Shown here: in pieces, positions 17,483 through 26,968 of the stretch
Layout of the letters: each line of letters begins with the position of its first letter
Numbering within the stretch: position 1 is the stretch's first letter
NCBI GenBank assembly: GCA_030429935.1
Contig: JAUIGH010000001.1
Location: 1-46,357, forward strand
From: a bacterium
GTDB lineage: Bacteria; Patescibacteriota; Saccharimonadia; Saccharimonadales; Saccharimonadaceae
Reading direction: 5' to 3'
Length of the DNA stretch: 46,357 nt
The notes under the pieces: model-generated
Told to the model about the DNA's origin: nothing
What the model saw: the letters and a program-made list of their open reading frames with translations, nothing else
Database searches by the model: none
Translations under genes and position numbers: made by a program

Positions 17483-20400
17483 ATGACTAAAGCAGGCCGA
17501 CCACTTTATGCGTTTGTAGATGATTGTGCAGTACAGTGGCCTGAGATGCCTGCGCTTAGGGATGAACAGTATGTATATACCTATGGTGAGCTGAGTAAGC
17601 TTTCAAGTTACTTTGCTCATCGTATTTGTGCGACAGGTGACGTTGCGGGAAAGCACATCGGCCTGCTGTACGATCGCTCGGCCCAAAGTATTATCTTGTT
17701 GTTGGCTATTATGAAAGCCGGGGGTGTGTATGTTCCTCTCAACCGGGCATTGCCAAAAGATCGTCTTATGGAAATGGTGAGTGGAGCGGATATCACCCTT
17801 GTCGTCACTCCGGATGAGCCTTCTATTGCTATGGACCAGCCCACTATTGCTCTTGCGCCGATTGATCCTTTGCATGTCGCTATTCAGCCTCCGCTGCTTG
17901 CTAGTGAGGCACTAGCCTATGCAATTTTCACCTCTGGCTCAACGGGAATGCCGAAGCTTGCTCTGTTGAGGCACGAGGCTGTTGTGCATGTTATGACAGC
18001 GTTAGCTGAACGATATTATATCGCACGCAATGATCGTATGCTACAGTTCGCTAATCTCTCATTTGACGGGTCAATATCAGAAATCTTTGGTGCTTTTATC
18101 GCTGGCGCCGAGCTTATTATTCCGGGTGAGCAAACGACGCAAAGTCTTACGCGGCTGGCTGCCTATTTTGATAGCGAGGCTGTGAGTGTTGCTGTTTTGC
18201 CACCCTCGCTTCTTGCACACCTTCCGCTTAGCTTTCGGTCCTTAAAGACTATCGTTGTTGCGGGCGAAGCGTGCTCCTCTTCTCTTGCAAGAACGGTCAC
18301 AAAGCAAGTGCCGCATTTTATTAATGCATATGGTCCGACGGAATGTTCAATTTGTGTTTCAACCTATGAGGTGCCAAAAGATTTCGACGGAAGCATCATT
18401 CCAATCGGCGAGCCGCTCCCCGGCGTGAATACGGTCATACTGGATGAAAAAGGCCAGCCCGTCGCAAATGGAGTGACCGGTGAGCTGTATGTGGGCGGCC
18501 CTAGTCTATTTGATGGGTACTATAATGACTCGGCAAAAACATCTGCTGCGCTCATTCAGCGCGGGGCTGAGGGCCTATTTTATAAAACAGGTGACTATGT
18601 GACTCTTGAGGGTAAAATCCTTACGTACGTATCTCGATCCGATGATTATATAAAACTCCACGGCCTTCGTATCTCTCCCCTTGAGATTGAGGAAGCGATT
18701 CGGCACTCGGACGATTCTATTCGTGGTGCAGCTGTGGTATTGGTTGAGGATGGAGACGACAATAGTCTTGCTGCTTTCTATGAGAGCGCGCACGAGCTAC
18801 CTGTTGATGATATTCTTCAGTCGATAAAGCGCCAATTGCCGGCATATGCGGTGCCGCATAAGATTGTGCATCTTGCACACCTTCCGCTGACTGACAACAA
18901 AAAGATTAACCGTCGTGCACTTGCTGCACAGGTGCGGCCAAGTCTCGAACCGGCGCCAGCTTCGGATTCCTCTCTACGCGCGCTTTGGCAAACTACTCTA
19001 CGGGTGTCCATTGACGATGCAACTGATTTCTTCTTGGCGGGTGGCGACTCGCTGAAGGCGATGCGGTTAATTGCTGAAGTTGATCGGCAGTATGGAACAA
19101 GCTTAAACCTTGTGGATCTCTATAACCACTCCACCTTTGGTGATTTTTCTGCTCACATTGAAGCCTCTTCACCTTCGGCGTCTTTACGATCATACAACCC
19201 ACAGGACCTAACTCCATACGAGGTAATGATGTGGAGCGCGTCTGCACACTCGGGTAACGCAGGGGCGTACACGCTTGTGGAGGTTGTAGAGCCATATTTT
19301 GATGTAGACCCTATGCGACTTAAGCAAGCTATTGCGGCACTGTCTGATAACTTTTCTGCTGCATCGTATCGCTACATCCTTGGTGAGAATGGGCTTGAGA
19401 AACAACTGGCTTCAGGAATTAGTTTTGTTAATCATGGCGATCTCACTAGGGCGGAAGGTGACGCACTCGCCACTTCTCTTGCAAACGCTGGCATAGACCT
19501 TGCTGCCGATGCGCTCATTACAGTTCATTTTGCGCTTATTGACGCGTCCCCTACTATTATCATTCATGCTCATCATATTGTACTTAGTGCAAGTATTCTG
19601 AAGCTCTTTGTGGATGAGCTCTGGCAACGCTATGCTGGCTTGGCCGTAGTGCAGAGGGTCGAGGAAGCGCCTCGAGAATTCACCGAAGACGATTTAGCGT
19701 TTTGGAAAAAAGCTTACGACTCCACCGCTGATTATGTGCAATTGCCATGGAGCGGTATTCGGCAGCCAAAACCAAAGAACGACGGAGCTACCTTTGTAAC
19801 GACAATCGATGTATCTATGAATCGGCTAGTGTCAGAGCTTGGTATTACAAAATTTGTCTTTTACCGAAGTGTCTTCGCTCTTCTCCTCCATAGGCTTACT
19901 GGCCAACCTTCTTTTTACATTGGTAGCTCAGTTGATGTGCGTCATGGTGACTTCTTAGGGGCTCAGCCGGCAATGCTTAATTCACTACCTATTCTCTCTG
20001 TTCTTGAAAGTGAGCAGACGTTTAAGAGTTTTATCCTCGAGACACAGCAGGCTGTGCGGGCCGCCCTTAGTCATTGCCATGTACCCCTTCATGACATTAT
20101 GAAGCTTCACATATTTGAGCAAGATCGTCTCGTCGGTCCTTTTAACGTCTTGTTTGATTACGTCGAGAAGCCTAACTCTTACGAAATGCCCGGGCTTGGC
20201 ACTATTGATAGCAAGCAGTGGTTTAATTCCAGCGCTAAGCACGACCTGACTCTTACAGTTGTTGAATCGTCGGGCACTGAGTTGCAGTGGGAGTACGATA
20301 CTGACCTTCTGGATGAACGAACTGTGCAGCAATTTGCAACTATCTTCACCCACCTCTGTCATACGGTTCTGCACGACTTGCACGCTCCGATCGCTTCCCT

Positions 20401-23400
20401 CCCGCTTCTTGACGAGGGTGAGCGAGTGGCTATGCTAAGCATTGGCAGGGGTGAGACTCGAGCCCGCTCGGCAAGCTCATTCTACGAGCGGTTCTCTGAT
20501 ATGGTGAGGCGGCAACCCGATGCAATTGCTGTGCGACACCAGGGGCACAGCACAACGTATCAAGATCTGCACTACCTCGTGGAGCACTTCTCGGCAATTC
20601 TTGTGGAACAGGAACTGTCCTCAGACGCTCCTGTGGGAGTTTTTATGGAGAGGTCTCCGGAAATGGTCGCCATCATTGTTGCGCTTTGGAGGCTGGGCTA
20701 TGCGTATGTGCCTATCGAAACAACCCTCCCATTGCAACGTATCCGCTCAATTATTGAAACAACTCGAATGTCGCTTATGGTGACGAAAGTTACGCACCGG
20801 GCAAAGCTTCCTGTTGATAATATGCGGATTATCGATGAAACACATCAGCCGAAGACGATCTATACTCCCGAGACTACAGTATCGCCAAATACGCTTGCGT
20901 ATGTCATCTTTACTTCGGGATCCACGGGAACGCCTAAGGGCGTCATGATTGAGCACGCGGGTATGATGAACCACGCTGAAGGTATGATCGAATATCTCGC
21001 GCTTGATAATGCGTCGACGATTGCGCAGACTGCCTCGCATTCATTTGATATTTCTGTGTGGCAATTAACTACAATACTTATTGCTGGTGGAACGATTGCA
21101 ATCTATTCGAAAGACGAGCAAAGCAATCTCGATAGTTTTACGACGCGGCTTTTTGAGGACCGGGTCACTTTGTTGGAGCTCGTGCCATCATACATCAATA
21201 TCCTCCTCGAATATCTTGAGGATACGCACAATCAGCAGAAGCTAAAGAACATTGACGCCCTCATCTCGACGGGTGAGAACATCTCGTGGCCTATTGTCGA
21301 GGGTTGGCTGCAAAACATGCCAGGGAGTCGTTTAATGAATGCCTACGGACCGGCCGAGGCATCTGATGACACTAACTTGTTTACATTTAAAGATCTATCG
21401 GCAATGCAGCGACGAGGTCTTCCGGTTGGTGCTTCCCTTGCTAATGTTAATGCTTACGTTCTAGATGAAGCGCTAAATCCTCAACCAATTGGTGTGCAGG
21501 GTGAAATCTATATTGCAGGCATTGCAGTGGGCCGAGGATATATTAATGATCCTGAGCGAACTCGCAAGAGCTTTATTAGCAATCCTCACACGGGTGAGCG
21601 TATGTATAAAACGGGCGACCTTGGCTATTGGTCCTCGGAGGGTCAACTTGTGTATTTAGGGCGCTCTGACTTTCAGGTCAAAATTCGAGGCTTCCGGATC
21701 GAACTCGAAGAAATTGAGGCCCACATCATTCGCTACCCTCATATTACGTCAGTAGCGGTAATGGTGGTTGACCGGAATAATTCCAAGCAGCTCCACGCTT
21801 ATGTCACTGCTGATATAGATATTGATAGTAGTGTGGTGCTAAGTCATCTTCGCGACCATCTCCCTGACTATATGGTTCCTTCGAGTATTGTTCAGTTATC
21901 GGCTCTGCCGTTAAACAATAGTGGAAAGATTGATCGTCATTTTCTTGCCAACAAAGAGCGTCTGCGTTTCAAGGAAGTTGAGGAAATTGCTGGGCCGAGC
22001 GTTGAAGAAGCAGCAGTAATGGCGGTATGGCGCGAAGTCTTTGGGTTGGATTATATGACGGTTGACGATGACTACTATGCGCTTGGCGGAGACTCGATTA
22101 CGTCTTTTCGCGTCTATGCCAAGCTCAGCGCAAAGGGCTACCAGCTTACTCTTCAGGACATCCTTGCCTTCCCTATCCTGAAAGACTTCGCGAGAACCAT
22201 GACATCTGAGTCAGTTGACGTGCGGCAGGTACCTCGGATCGACAAGGCATTATTGCCGACACCGATTCAATCCCGACTCCTGGCTGCCGGGTCTAAAGAA
22301 GTAATGGCGCAGAATATTAGTCTCAAAGGTCACTGGGAGCGTGAGCGACTTAATACTGCTATCCAGGCGTCGGCACGGAACCAAGGTGTCTTTTATCTGA
22401 TGTTCGACGCAGATGGACAGCGCTTTGGCCTGGAGCCCCAATTCAAAGAGGCATATGCATTCGTTGAGTCATCTGTTGCTGAGGATGATGCTTTTGACAG
22501 GCTGAACAGGGAGCTGACGCGGAGTGTGGTTTTTGCTTATGGTGCCGAGGGTGACGACACTACAGTAAGGGCGCTTTACCTGTCGGCGAATCATTTGGTA
22601 ATGGATGTAGTGTCATGGAATATCTTTATTGCCGCGGTGAACGATGCGTATGAGGCGACGTCACGTGTCGATAATGATATCGATTACACATTTGGCTCAT
22701 GGGCACAGGCCATGCAAGATGCTGATGACCCTTCGTCTGAAATATTAGACTATTGGCGGGGTGTTCTTTTGCAAACGGTTGATGCGACGCGTGCATTAAA
22801 GCAACTTTTTGTTTACGACATTCCTGATCGGCAACTCTTTACGATGGACGCACCCCTTCCTCTGGTACAATTTACAGACGCGTCGGTTTATCTAGCCGTA
22901 TTACAAGCGCTTGCGCAAGTCCTTGATATTGCTCAGTCGGGGATATTAATAGAAACTCATGGACGGTACGGGGAGGTGTTAGGCATTGACCTCTCAAAGA
23001 CGGTGGGGTGGTTTACTCACCTCTTACCCCTGACTGGGGCGACTAGCCGTGATATTGAATCTATTCTTCGTGTAGACAATATGACTAAAGTGGCTTATGG
23101 CTTGGCAACTCAACGAGATTTACTGAATCGCGAACTAGAGCCACTAGTGGTTGTAAACTATCTTGGCAAATCTTCTAATATGAGTGGCTATGCTATGCGC
23201 CATAGTGCCCAGGAGAGGCCGATCGGCAAAGAATTACTGGAGCTGTCTATCTATGAAGACGGCTCGAATTTGTGCATTAAAGTCGTGCTCTATGCGACAC
23301 CGAAGGAGGATGAATTTGTACAGAAACTCCTTACTGCTATTACCCGGCAGCTCTCTGCGGGTGAGGCTAATTTAGAAAAAAGTCGTCTTGATGCTATTTT

Positions 23401-23428
23401 GAAAAGAATCGGAGCAAACTGTGGATAG
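17483..23428 (+). CDS. non-ribosomal peptide synthetase, two modules: A-T-C-A-T-E
   Basis: A1 motifs: AYAIFTSGSTGMPK, FDGSISE, NAYGPTE, GELYVGG, YKTGD, SRSDDYIKLHGLRISPLEIE. T1 is GGDSL (Ser523, nt 19049-19051). C-like motif HHIVLSA (aa 697-703). A2 motifs: LAYVIFTSGSTGTPKG, FDISVWQ, NAYGPAEASDD, GEIYIAG, YKTGD, GRSDFQVKIRGFRIELEEIE, NSGKIDR. T2 is GGDSI (Ser1538). The E-like domain has LPTPIQ and NHLVMDVVSW. Confidence 0.9.
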   Translation: MTKAGRPLYAFVDDCAVQWPEMPALRDEQYVYTYGELSKLSSYFAHRICATGDVAGKHIGLLYDRSAQSIILLLAIMKAGGVYVPLNRALPKDRLMEMVSGADITLVVTPDEPSIAMDQPTIALAPIDPLHVAIQPPLLASEALAYAIFTSGSTGMPKLALLRHEAVVHVMTALAERYYIARNDRMLQFANLSFDGSISEIFGAFIAGAELIIPGEQTTQSLTRLAAYFDSEAVSVAVLPPSLLAHLPLSFRSLKTIVVAGEACSSSLARTVTKQVPHFINAYGPTECSICVSTYEVPKDFDGSIIPIGEPLPGVNTVILDEKGQPVANGVTGELYVGGPSLFDGYYNDSAKTSAALIQRGAEGLFYKTGDYVTLEGKILTYVSRSDDYIKLHGLRISPLEIEEAIRHSDDSIRGAAVVLVEDGDDNSLAAFYESAHELPVDDILQSIKRQLPAYAVPHKIVHLAHLPLTDNKKINRRALAAQVRPSLEPAPASDSSLRALWQTTLRVSIDDATDFFLAGGDSLKAMRLIAEVDRQYGTSLNLVDLYNHSTFGDFSAHIEASSPSASLRSYNPQDLTPYEVMMWSASAHSGNAGAYTLVEVVEPYFDVDPMRLKQAIAALSDNFSAASYRYILGENGLEKQLASGISFVNHGDLTRAEGDALATSLANAGIDLAADALITVHFALIDASPTIIIHAHHIVLSASILKLFVDELWQRYAGLAVVQRVEEAPREFTEDDLAFWKKAYDSTADYVQLPWSGIRQPKPKNDGATFVTTIDVSMNRLVSELGITKFVFYRSVFALLLHRLTGQPSFYIGSSVDVRHGDFLGAQPAMLNSLPILSVLESEQTFKSFILETQQAVRAALSHCHVPLHDIMKLHIFEQDRLVGPFNVLFDYVEKPNSYEMPGLGTIDSKQWFNSSAKHDLTLTVVESSGTELQWEYDTDLLDERTVQQFATIFTHLCHTVLHDLHAPIASLPLLDEGERVAMLSIGRGETRARSASSFYERFSDMVRRQPDAIAVRHQGHSTTYQDLHYLVEHFSAILVEQELSSDAPVGVFMERSPEMVAIIVALWRLGYAYVPIETTLPLQRIRSIIETTRMSLMVTKVTHRAKLPVDNMRIIDETHQPKTIYTPETTVSPNTLAYVIFTSGSTGTPKGVMIEHAGMMNHAEGMIEYLALDNASTIAQTASHSFDISVWQLTTILIAGGTIAIYSKDEQSNLDSFTTRLFEDRVTLLELVPSYINILLEYLEDTHNQQKLKNIDALISTGENISWPIVEGWLQNMPGSRLMNAYGPAEASDDTNLFTFKDLSAMQRRGLPVGASLANVNAYVLDEALNPQPIGVQGEIYIAGIAVGRGYINDPERTRKSFISNPHTGERMYKTGDLGYWSSEGQLVYLGRSDFQVKIRGFRIELEEIEAHIIRYPHITSVAVMVVDRNNSKQLHAYVTADIDIDSSVVLSHLRDHLPDYMVPSSIVQLSALPLNNSGKIDRHFLANKERLRFKEVEEIAGPSVEEAAVMAVWREVFGLDYMTVDDDYYALGGDSITSFRVYAKLSAKGYQLTLQDILAFPILKDFARTMTSESVDVRQVPRIDKALLPTPIQSRLLAAGSKEVMAQNISLKGHWERERLNTAIQASARNQGVFYLMFDADGQRFGLEPQFKEAYAFVESSVAEDDAFDRLNRELTRSVVFAYGAEGDDTTVRALYLSANHLVMDVVSWNIFIAAVNDAYEATSRVDNDIDYTFGSWAQAMQDADDPSSEILDYWRGVLLQTVDATRALKQLFVYDIPDRQLFTMDAPLPLVQFTDASVYLAVLQALAQVLDIAQSGILIETHGRYGEVLGIDLSKTVGWFTHLLPLTGATSRDIESILRVDNMTKVAYGLATQRDLLNRELEPLVVVNYLGKSSNMSGYAMRHSAQERPIGKELLELSIYEDGSNLCIKVVLYATPKEDEFVQKLLTAITRQLSAGEANLEKSRLDAILKRIGANCG

Positions 23429-26270
23429 TCCAATTACTGACATTGTGCCTGCAACTCCCGTACAGCATGGGTTGCTCTATGTTGAGCGTTCGTATGCAAA
23501 AGGCTCGCTCTATCATGAGCAGTACATTGCTAAGTTGGCGGGCCCCCTGGACCTGGGCCGTCTAGAAATTGCATGGCAAAAAACCGTTGCTGCACACACT
23601 ATTTTGCGAACTATTTTTGACTGGGATGGACAAAATGAACCGATGCAAATTGTACTGCGGCATTATGCTGCGCCGTTTGTTGTTATGGCTGATCCGCTGG
23701 AGGAGAATGAACGTACGGCATTTGTAGAGCGGGACGCTCAGGATTCATTTCAATTTGATACAACTCCACCCCATCGACTCACTCTCATGAAGCTCGATGA
23801 TCAGACGCACTGGCTAGTTTTTACCTACCACCATCTATTACTAGATGGCTCCTCAGTCTCGGCGTTATTTGATTACTTGGCATGGCAGTATAATCAGCCG
23901 TCCGAAGTGCGAGAAATTAATGACTACGGCGCATACTCTCGTTGGATACAGAGTTATAGGCAACAGGAAAATTCTGTTGATGCGTGGCATAGCTATGCCG
24001 AGGGTATTAGTCTCCCAGCTTCGCTGGTGCAAGAATATAGCAATGATCAGACTCGCGAGCATTATCAGTATATTGATCGCGAGGCGGTAGATCGGCTGGT
24101 CGCTGCGGCTCGTGCGCATCACCTCACGCTTAACAGTATTTGTCAGGTTATGTGGGCATATACATTTGCGCTGAGTCGTGAGCAGCCACAGGTGTGCGCT
24201 GGTTCACCGACAATGGTCAAGCCACTTGATAGCAGCCTGGATTCTGTAGTGGGTCTTTGTATTAATACATTGCCTTATATACTCTCGTTCGATCGCGAGC
24301 AATCTCTGGTTGATATTGCTGTGCGGCATCAACAGAACTGGGGAGGGCTTATCGAGCACTCTCGAATCGGGCTCGCTGAGATCAAGAAAGCTATTGGATA
24401 TCATCACTATGGCGATCCGTTCGACACCATACTAACGTACACGGACGCTCGTGACAGAATACTCCCTAGGCTTGATGGTGTAGATTGGCGGGTCCTGTCG
24501 CATAATGAAGTAACTCAATATCCCCTATCGCTGGACGTTGTTTATGATGTTCATTCAATTGAATTAAAAGCAACCTACAGAGATGCTCACTATAATGCAC
24601 CGACCATTTCACGTCTTGTGCAGTCTTTTGCTGATAATCTTAGCCTTTTCATTGAACACCCCGATACCATTCCTCACCTTCGGTCTTATACTGATGTAGA
24701 TGACGAGACTGTTGCCCCTCAGGGAAGCGGGCGTGAGGCACTGACCGAGAAAATTGCACAGATATGGACGGATGTATTCGGCGTTGAAGTTGGATATGAT
24801 TCAAACTTTTTCGACCTTGGTGGTGACTCAATTAGCTCTCTTCGTATTGTCAGTAAACTCCTTGAGGCGGGCGTTACGGCTTCGATGCGCGATGTCTTCG
24901 ATTCACCGACCCCGGAGCTGCTTGCTCGAGTGGTGTTATCGACCGCAATAGATGACCCTGTTACGCACATGGATCTGCCTGCAAGCGTTGAGGAGAAGGC
25001 TCGTCAGTTATACGGAAGCAATATTAGTGCAGTTGTCCGCGCTTCGAGTGTCCAGCAAGGCATTATCCGTCGTCCATCATCCAAGCAGAATTTATATCAT
25101 GACCAATCAACGTTTACCTACAAAGGCCGCTTGGACCCTGAACTATTTGAAAAAGCGTGGAACATTGCTGCACATAAAAATGACGCGATGCGCATGCGAT
25201 ATTTTTCGAAGGACGATGTGTGGTATGTGTGTGCGTTAAAAGACAGCGCCATATCTATGCGGTATTTCGACCTCAGGGATACACCACGACAGAGCGAGGC
25301 TATACAGCGCGCTATTGAAGACGACTTGGCGACGCCTTTTAATCTTCAGCGCGACCCACTTATTAGACTAAGGCTATATCGAACTGGCGATGAGACACAC
25401 GTTCTCTTTTTGAGTTTCCATATTCTTGTTACCGACGGTTGGAGCTTTGCTTTCATGATGGACGATGTTTTCACTGCCTACGAACACCTTATTGAGGAGC
25501 GATCGTTCGATCTTCCTAGTCGCCGCCTGACATATGTTGACTATCTCCACTCGCTTACGGTGAGCGATACTATTTCCGGTCGCCAGCATTGGTCTCAATA
25601 TCTCCATGATGCTGCGGGAGCTAAGGGTGTGTCGATCTCAAATTTTTCAAACCTTGACGTGGTTTTTGCTCATCTTGACGGAGACGAGACGGATGTAATT
25701 CAGCGGTTTGCAAGTGCAAAGAAGCTATCACTCAACTCGGTCGTGCAGGCTGCTTGGGCAACAATTAACGCACGACAATCGGAACCGGTTATATTTGGTG
25801 CAACAACGTCCGCTCGTTTGCTTCATGGTGTCAATTACGACGATACTGTTGGTCTTTTCTTTAATGACATCCCTATTATTGCTCATGTCGAGGGTCGGAG
25901 TATTGAGCAGCTGGCAAATATAATTCAGCGTGATTTTCAGACGAACCTAAAGTATAGCTACGTATCTTCTTATGATATTGCGGAGATGGTGGGTCGGGAT
26001 CCCGAAGAAGCGCCATATGATAGTCTTATTGTTTTCGAAAACTACCCTAAGATGCAGGAAGATAGCCTGAAAGAATCCCGCCGTGGTGGAGTGATGAATA
26101 CGGACTATTGGCGACGGGACATGGCCGACATTCCAATGACGTTGTATGTAGAGGTGCGCAATGGCGTGACAGACATTAAACTTTCTTATAACAATACCGT
26201 CGTTTCTCGTGATGTTGCTCAGGGGCTTGTCGATGAGTTTATGCGGACGTTAAAGGTATGTACATTGTAG
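23421..26270 (+). CDS. NRPS protein with C-T-C architecture (no adenylation domain)
   Basis: The GTG start overlaps the upstream stop. C2 has PATPVQHGLLY and a canonical HHLLLDG (aa 137-143). T3 is LGGDSIS (Ser470). C3 has SFHILVTDGWS (aa 665-675). Confidence 0.85.
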   Translation: MDSPITDIVPATPVQHGLLYVERSYAKGSLYHEQYIAKLAGPLDLGRLEIAWQKTVAAHTILRTIFDWDGQNEPMQIVLRHYAAPFVVMADPLEENERTAFVERDAQDSFQFDTTPPHRLTLMKLDDQTHWLVFTYHHLLLDGSSVSALFDYLAWQYNQPSEVREINDYGAYSRWIQSYRQQENSVDAWHSYAEGISLPASLVQEYSNDQTREHYQYIDREAVDRLVAAARAHHLTLNSICQVMWAYTFALSREQPQVCAGSPTMVKPLDSSLDSVVGLCINTLPYILSFDREQSLVDIAVRHQQNWGGLIEHSRIGLAEIKKAIGYHHYGDPFDTILTYTDARDRILPRLDGVDWRVLSHNEVTQYPLSLDVVYDVHSIELKATYRDAHYNAPTISRLVQSFADNLSLFIEHPDTIPHLRSYTDVDDETVAPQGSGREALTEKIAQIWTDVFGVEVGYDSNFFDLGGDSISSLRIVSKLLEAGVTASMRDVFDSPTPELLARVVLSTAIDDPVTHMDLPASVEEKARQLYGSNISAVVRASSVQQGIIRRPSSKQNLYHDQSTFTYKGRLDPELFEKAWNIAAHKNDAMRMRYFSKDDVWYVCALKDSAISMRYFDLRDTPRQSEAIQRAIEDDLATPFNLQRDPLIRLRLYRTGDETHVLFLSFHILVTDGWSFAFMMDDVFTAYEHLIEERSFDLPSRRLTYVDYLHSLTVSDTISGRQHWSQYLHDAAGAKGVSISNFSNLDVVFAHLDGDETDVIQRFASAKKLSLNSVVQAAWATINARQSEPVIFGATTSARLLHGVNYDDTVGLFFNDIPIIAHVEGRSIEQLANIIQRDFQTNLKYSYVSSYDIAEMVGRDPEEAPYDSLIVFENYPKMQEDSLKESRRGGVMNTDYWRRDMADIPMTLYVEVRNGVTDIKLSYNNTVVSRDVAQGLVDEFMRTLKVCTL

Positions 26271-26968
26271 CGCTTCTTGATATTAGGCTAGTAAATGATG
26301 GGATTAAGACAAAGGCCGTGTCCCTCTTGTCGCCTGAGGAAATGGAGCGTTATGGGAGATTCCGTCATGCGTCCGATGCTAATCTATTTCTTTTTGGTCG
26401 GTTTCTTGCGCGCTGTCTTGTTTCCCGTGTCGCCACGAGGCGACCTGAAGATGTTGCAATCCTGGTTGCCGGTACCGCAACTAAGCCCTATGAGTCGCAG
26501 CGGCTGATAGAGTTTAGCATTTCACACAGTGGAACCTTTGTGGCAGTTGCTGTCTCTCAGCGACCGGTTGGTATCGACGCACAGGTGCACGACCAGACAC
26601 GGACTGATGTGTTTGATAGATTCTTTACTGCTGAAGAAAAAGGCTACGCCCACCAGTCGTTGAAGAATTTTTATAGATTATGGACGTCTGTGGAGTCGCT
26701 AGCAAAGATTACAGAGCTCGGCTTCAATGAAGCGCTCATGAATCGTACCCCCCGGTTCAAGAGTGATTTGAGTGGCTACACTTTCAATCAGACAAGCTAT
26801 TACATAAGTACGCTCGTTCAAACAGAGGATCTGACATTATCTGTCGTTACAGCTGAAGACGTGCTCTTTCGGAAGTACCCGTCAGCGAGAGAGGGACTCC
26901 TTGCTGGGATCGATACTGATGAGCTTTCACTTGAAGTTTACTCTGGGAGTGTAGACTCTGACGTGTAG
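26258..26968 (+). CDS. 4'-phosphopantetheinyl transferase, Sfp type
   Basis: FSISHSGTFVAVAV...VGIDAQ and WTSVESLAKITELG resemble the Sfp-family core motifs. The start overlaps the upstream gene by 13 nt. Confidence 0.75.
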   Translation: MYIVALLDIRLVNDGIKTKAVSLLSPEEMERYGRFRHASDANLFLFGRFLARCLVSRVATRRPEDVAILVAGTATKPYESQRLIEFSISHSGTFVAVAVSQRPVGIDAQVHDQTRTDVFDRFFTAEEKGYAHQSLKNFYRLWTSVESLAKITELGFNEALMNRTPRFKSDLSGYTFNQTSYYISTLVQTEDLTLSVVTAEDVLFRKYPSAREGLLAGIDTDELSLEVYSGSVDSDV

